The position numbers were made by a program, and so were the translations under genes. DNA of 64,000 bases from Candidatus Micrarchaeota archaeon. GTDB taxonomy: Archaea; Micrarchaeota; Micrarchaeia; Anstonellales; Bilamarchaeaceae. Below the pieces are notes generated by a model, which was not told where the DNA came from, did not search any database, and was given only the letters and a program-made list of their open reading frames with translations. This document shows, one piece after another, positions 63,858 to 64,000 of the stretch (its first letter is position 1; every line of letters starts with the position of its first letter). The stretch lies in the NCBI GenBank assembly GCA_964490215.1, contig CAZBAM010000002.1:12403-76402 (forward strand), read 5' to 3'.

Positions 63858-64000
63858 AAAGGAATATCCGTCATAACAGATTAAATACTGCTTGGGAACG
63901 CAGGCATGCGCCTTGCCGGAACAGTGAAAATGCGTAATGGAGTGGTTTTTAAAGGAGTTTTGTCTATATATAATACCGGTATAACGGGTGGGCGAGGCAT

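Noticed and set aside
1-64000. CRISPR arrays, rRNA genes, IS transposases
   Set aside because: No regularly spaced direct repeats, no rRNA-like conserved stretches and no transposase- or integrase-like ORFs were seen anywhere in the window.

Overview
This window reads as a high-GC archaeal chromosome segment. The archaeal markers are proteasome alpha, TBP, RpoF, L21e, S26e, the RFC large subunit, a Hef-type helicase and an intein. The coding strand is GC-rich, so there are many spurious antisense ORFs.

Positions 1–36,600 form a large cell-surface glycan biosynthesis island:
- at least three polytopic membrane proteins that look like GT-C-type enzymes or flippases;
- a Dol-P-sugar synthase-like GT2;
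- a nucleotide-sugar dehydrogenase and several SDR epimerases or dehydratases;
- a B12-binding radical SAM enzyme;
- a GT4 glycosyltransferase;
- a GDP-6-deoxyhexose-like trio (nucleotidyltransferase, dehydratase, Rmd-like reductase);
- a GNAT, a polysaccharide deacetylase, a SAM methyltransferase and a class III aminotransferase;
- a pseudaminic-acid-type nonulosonic acid module: NeuB/PseI-like synthase, DegT/PseC-like aminotransferase, PseF/NeuA-like cytidylyltransferase and a PseG–PseH fusion;
- RmlB, and RmlA fused to an unknown N-terminal domain;
- an AT-rich sugar O-methyltransferase-like gene;
- a complete-looking ADP-L-glycero-D-manno-heptose module (GmhA, split HldE kinase and adenylyltransferase, HldD) with a GT9 heptosyltransferase, which is notable in an archaeon;
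- a Wzx-like flippase and an A24 peptidase-like membrane protein.

Downstream the content is housekeeping: LemA, HtpX, PsmA, UMP kinase, HPS, a band-7 protein, a translin-like protein, two tandem methyltransferases, a phosphohexomutase, glutamine synthetase, DUF655–RpoF–L21e, TBP and S26e.

Further points of interest:
- a 1.4-kb lower-GC insert carrying a DUF4143 AAA ATPase, flanked by 33-bp direct repeats that duplicate the 3' end of psmA;
- two homologous structured MITE-like repeats in inverted orientation flanking about 8 kb;
- a tRNA-Val(UAC) apparently split by an approximately 100-nt intron in the D-loop;
- two tandem small Cys-rich secreted proteins with CGP-type C-terminal anchors;
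- an XPD-like helicase with a Gly/Pro/Val-rich repeat insertion;
- a Hef-type helicase whose P-loop (GK|T) is interrupted by a 615-aa LAGLIDADG intein, with the AT-rich compositional tract extending into the flanking extein.

All calls are from reading the sequence and translations. No database searches were run.
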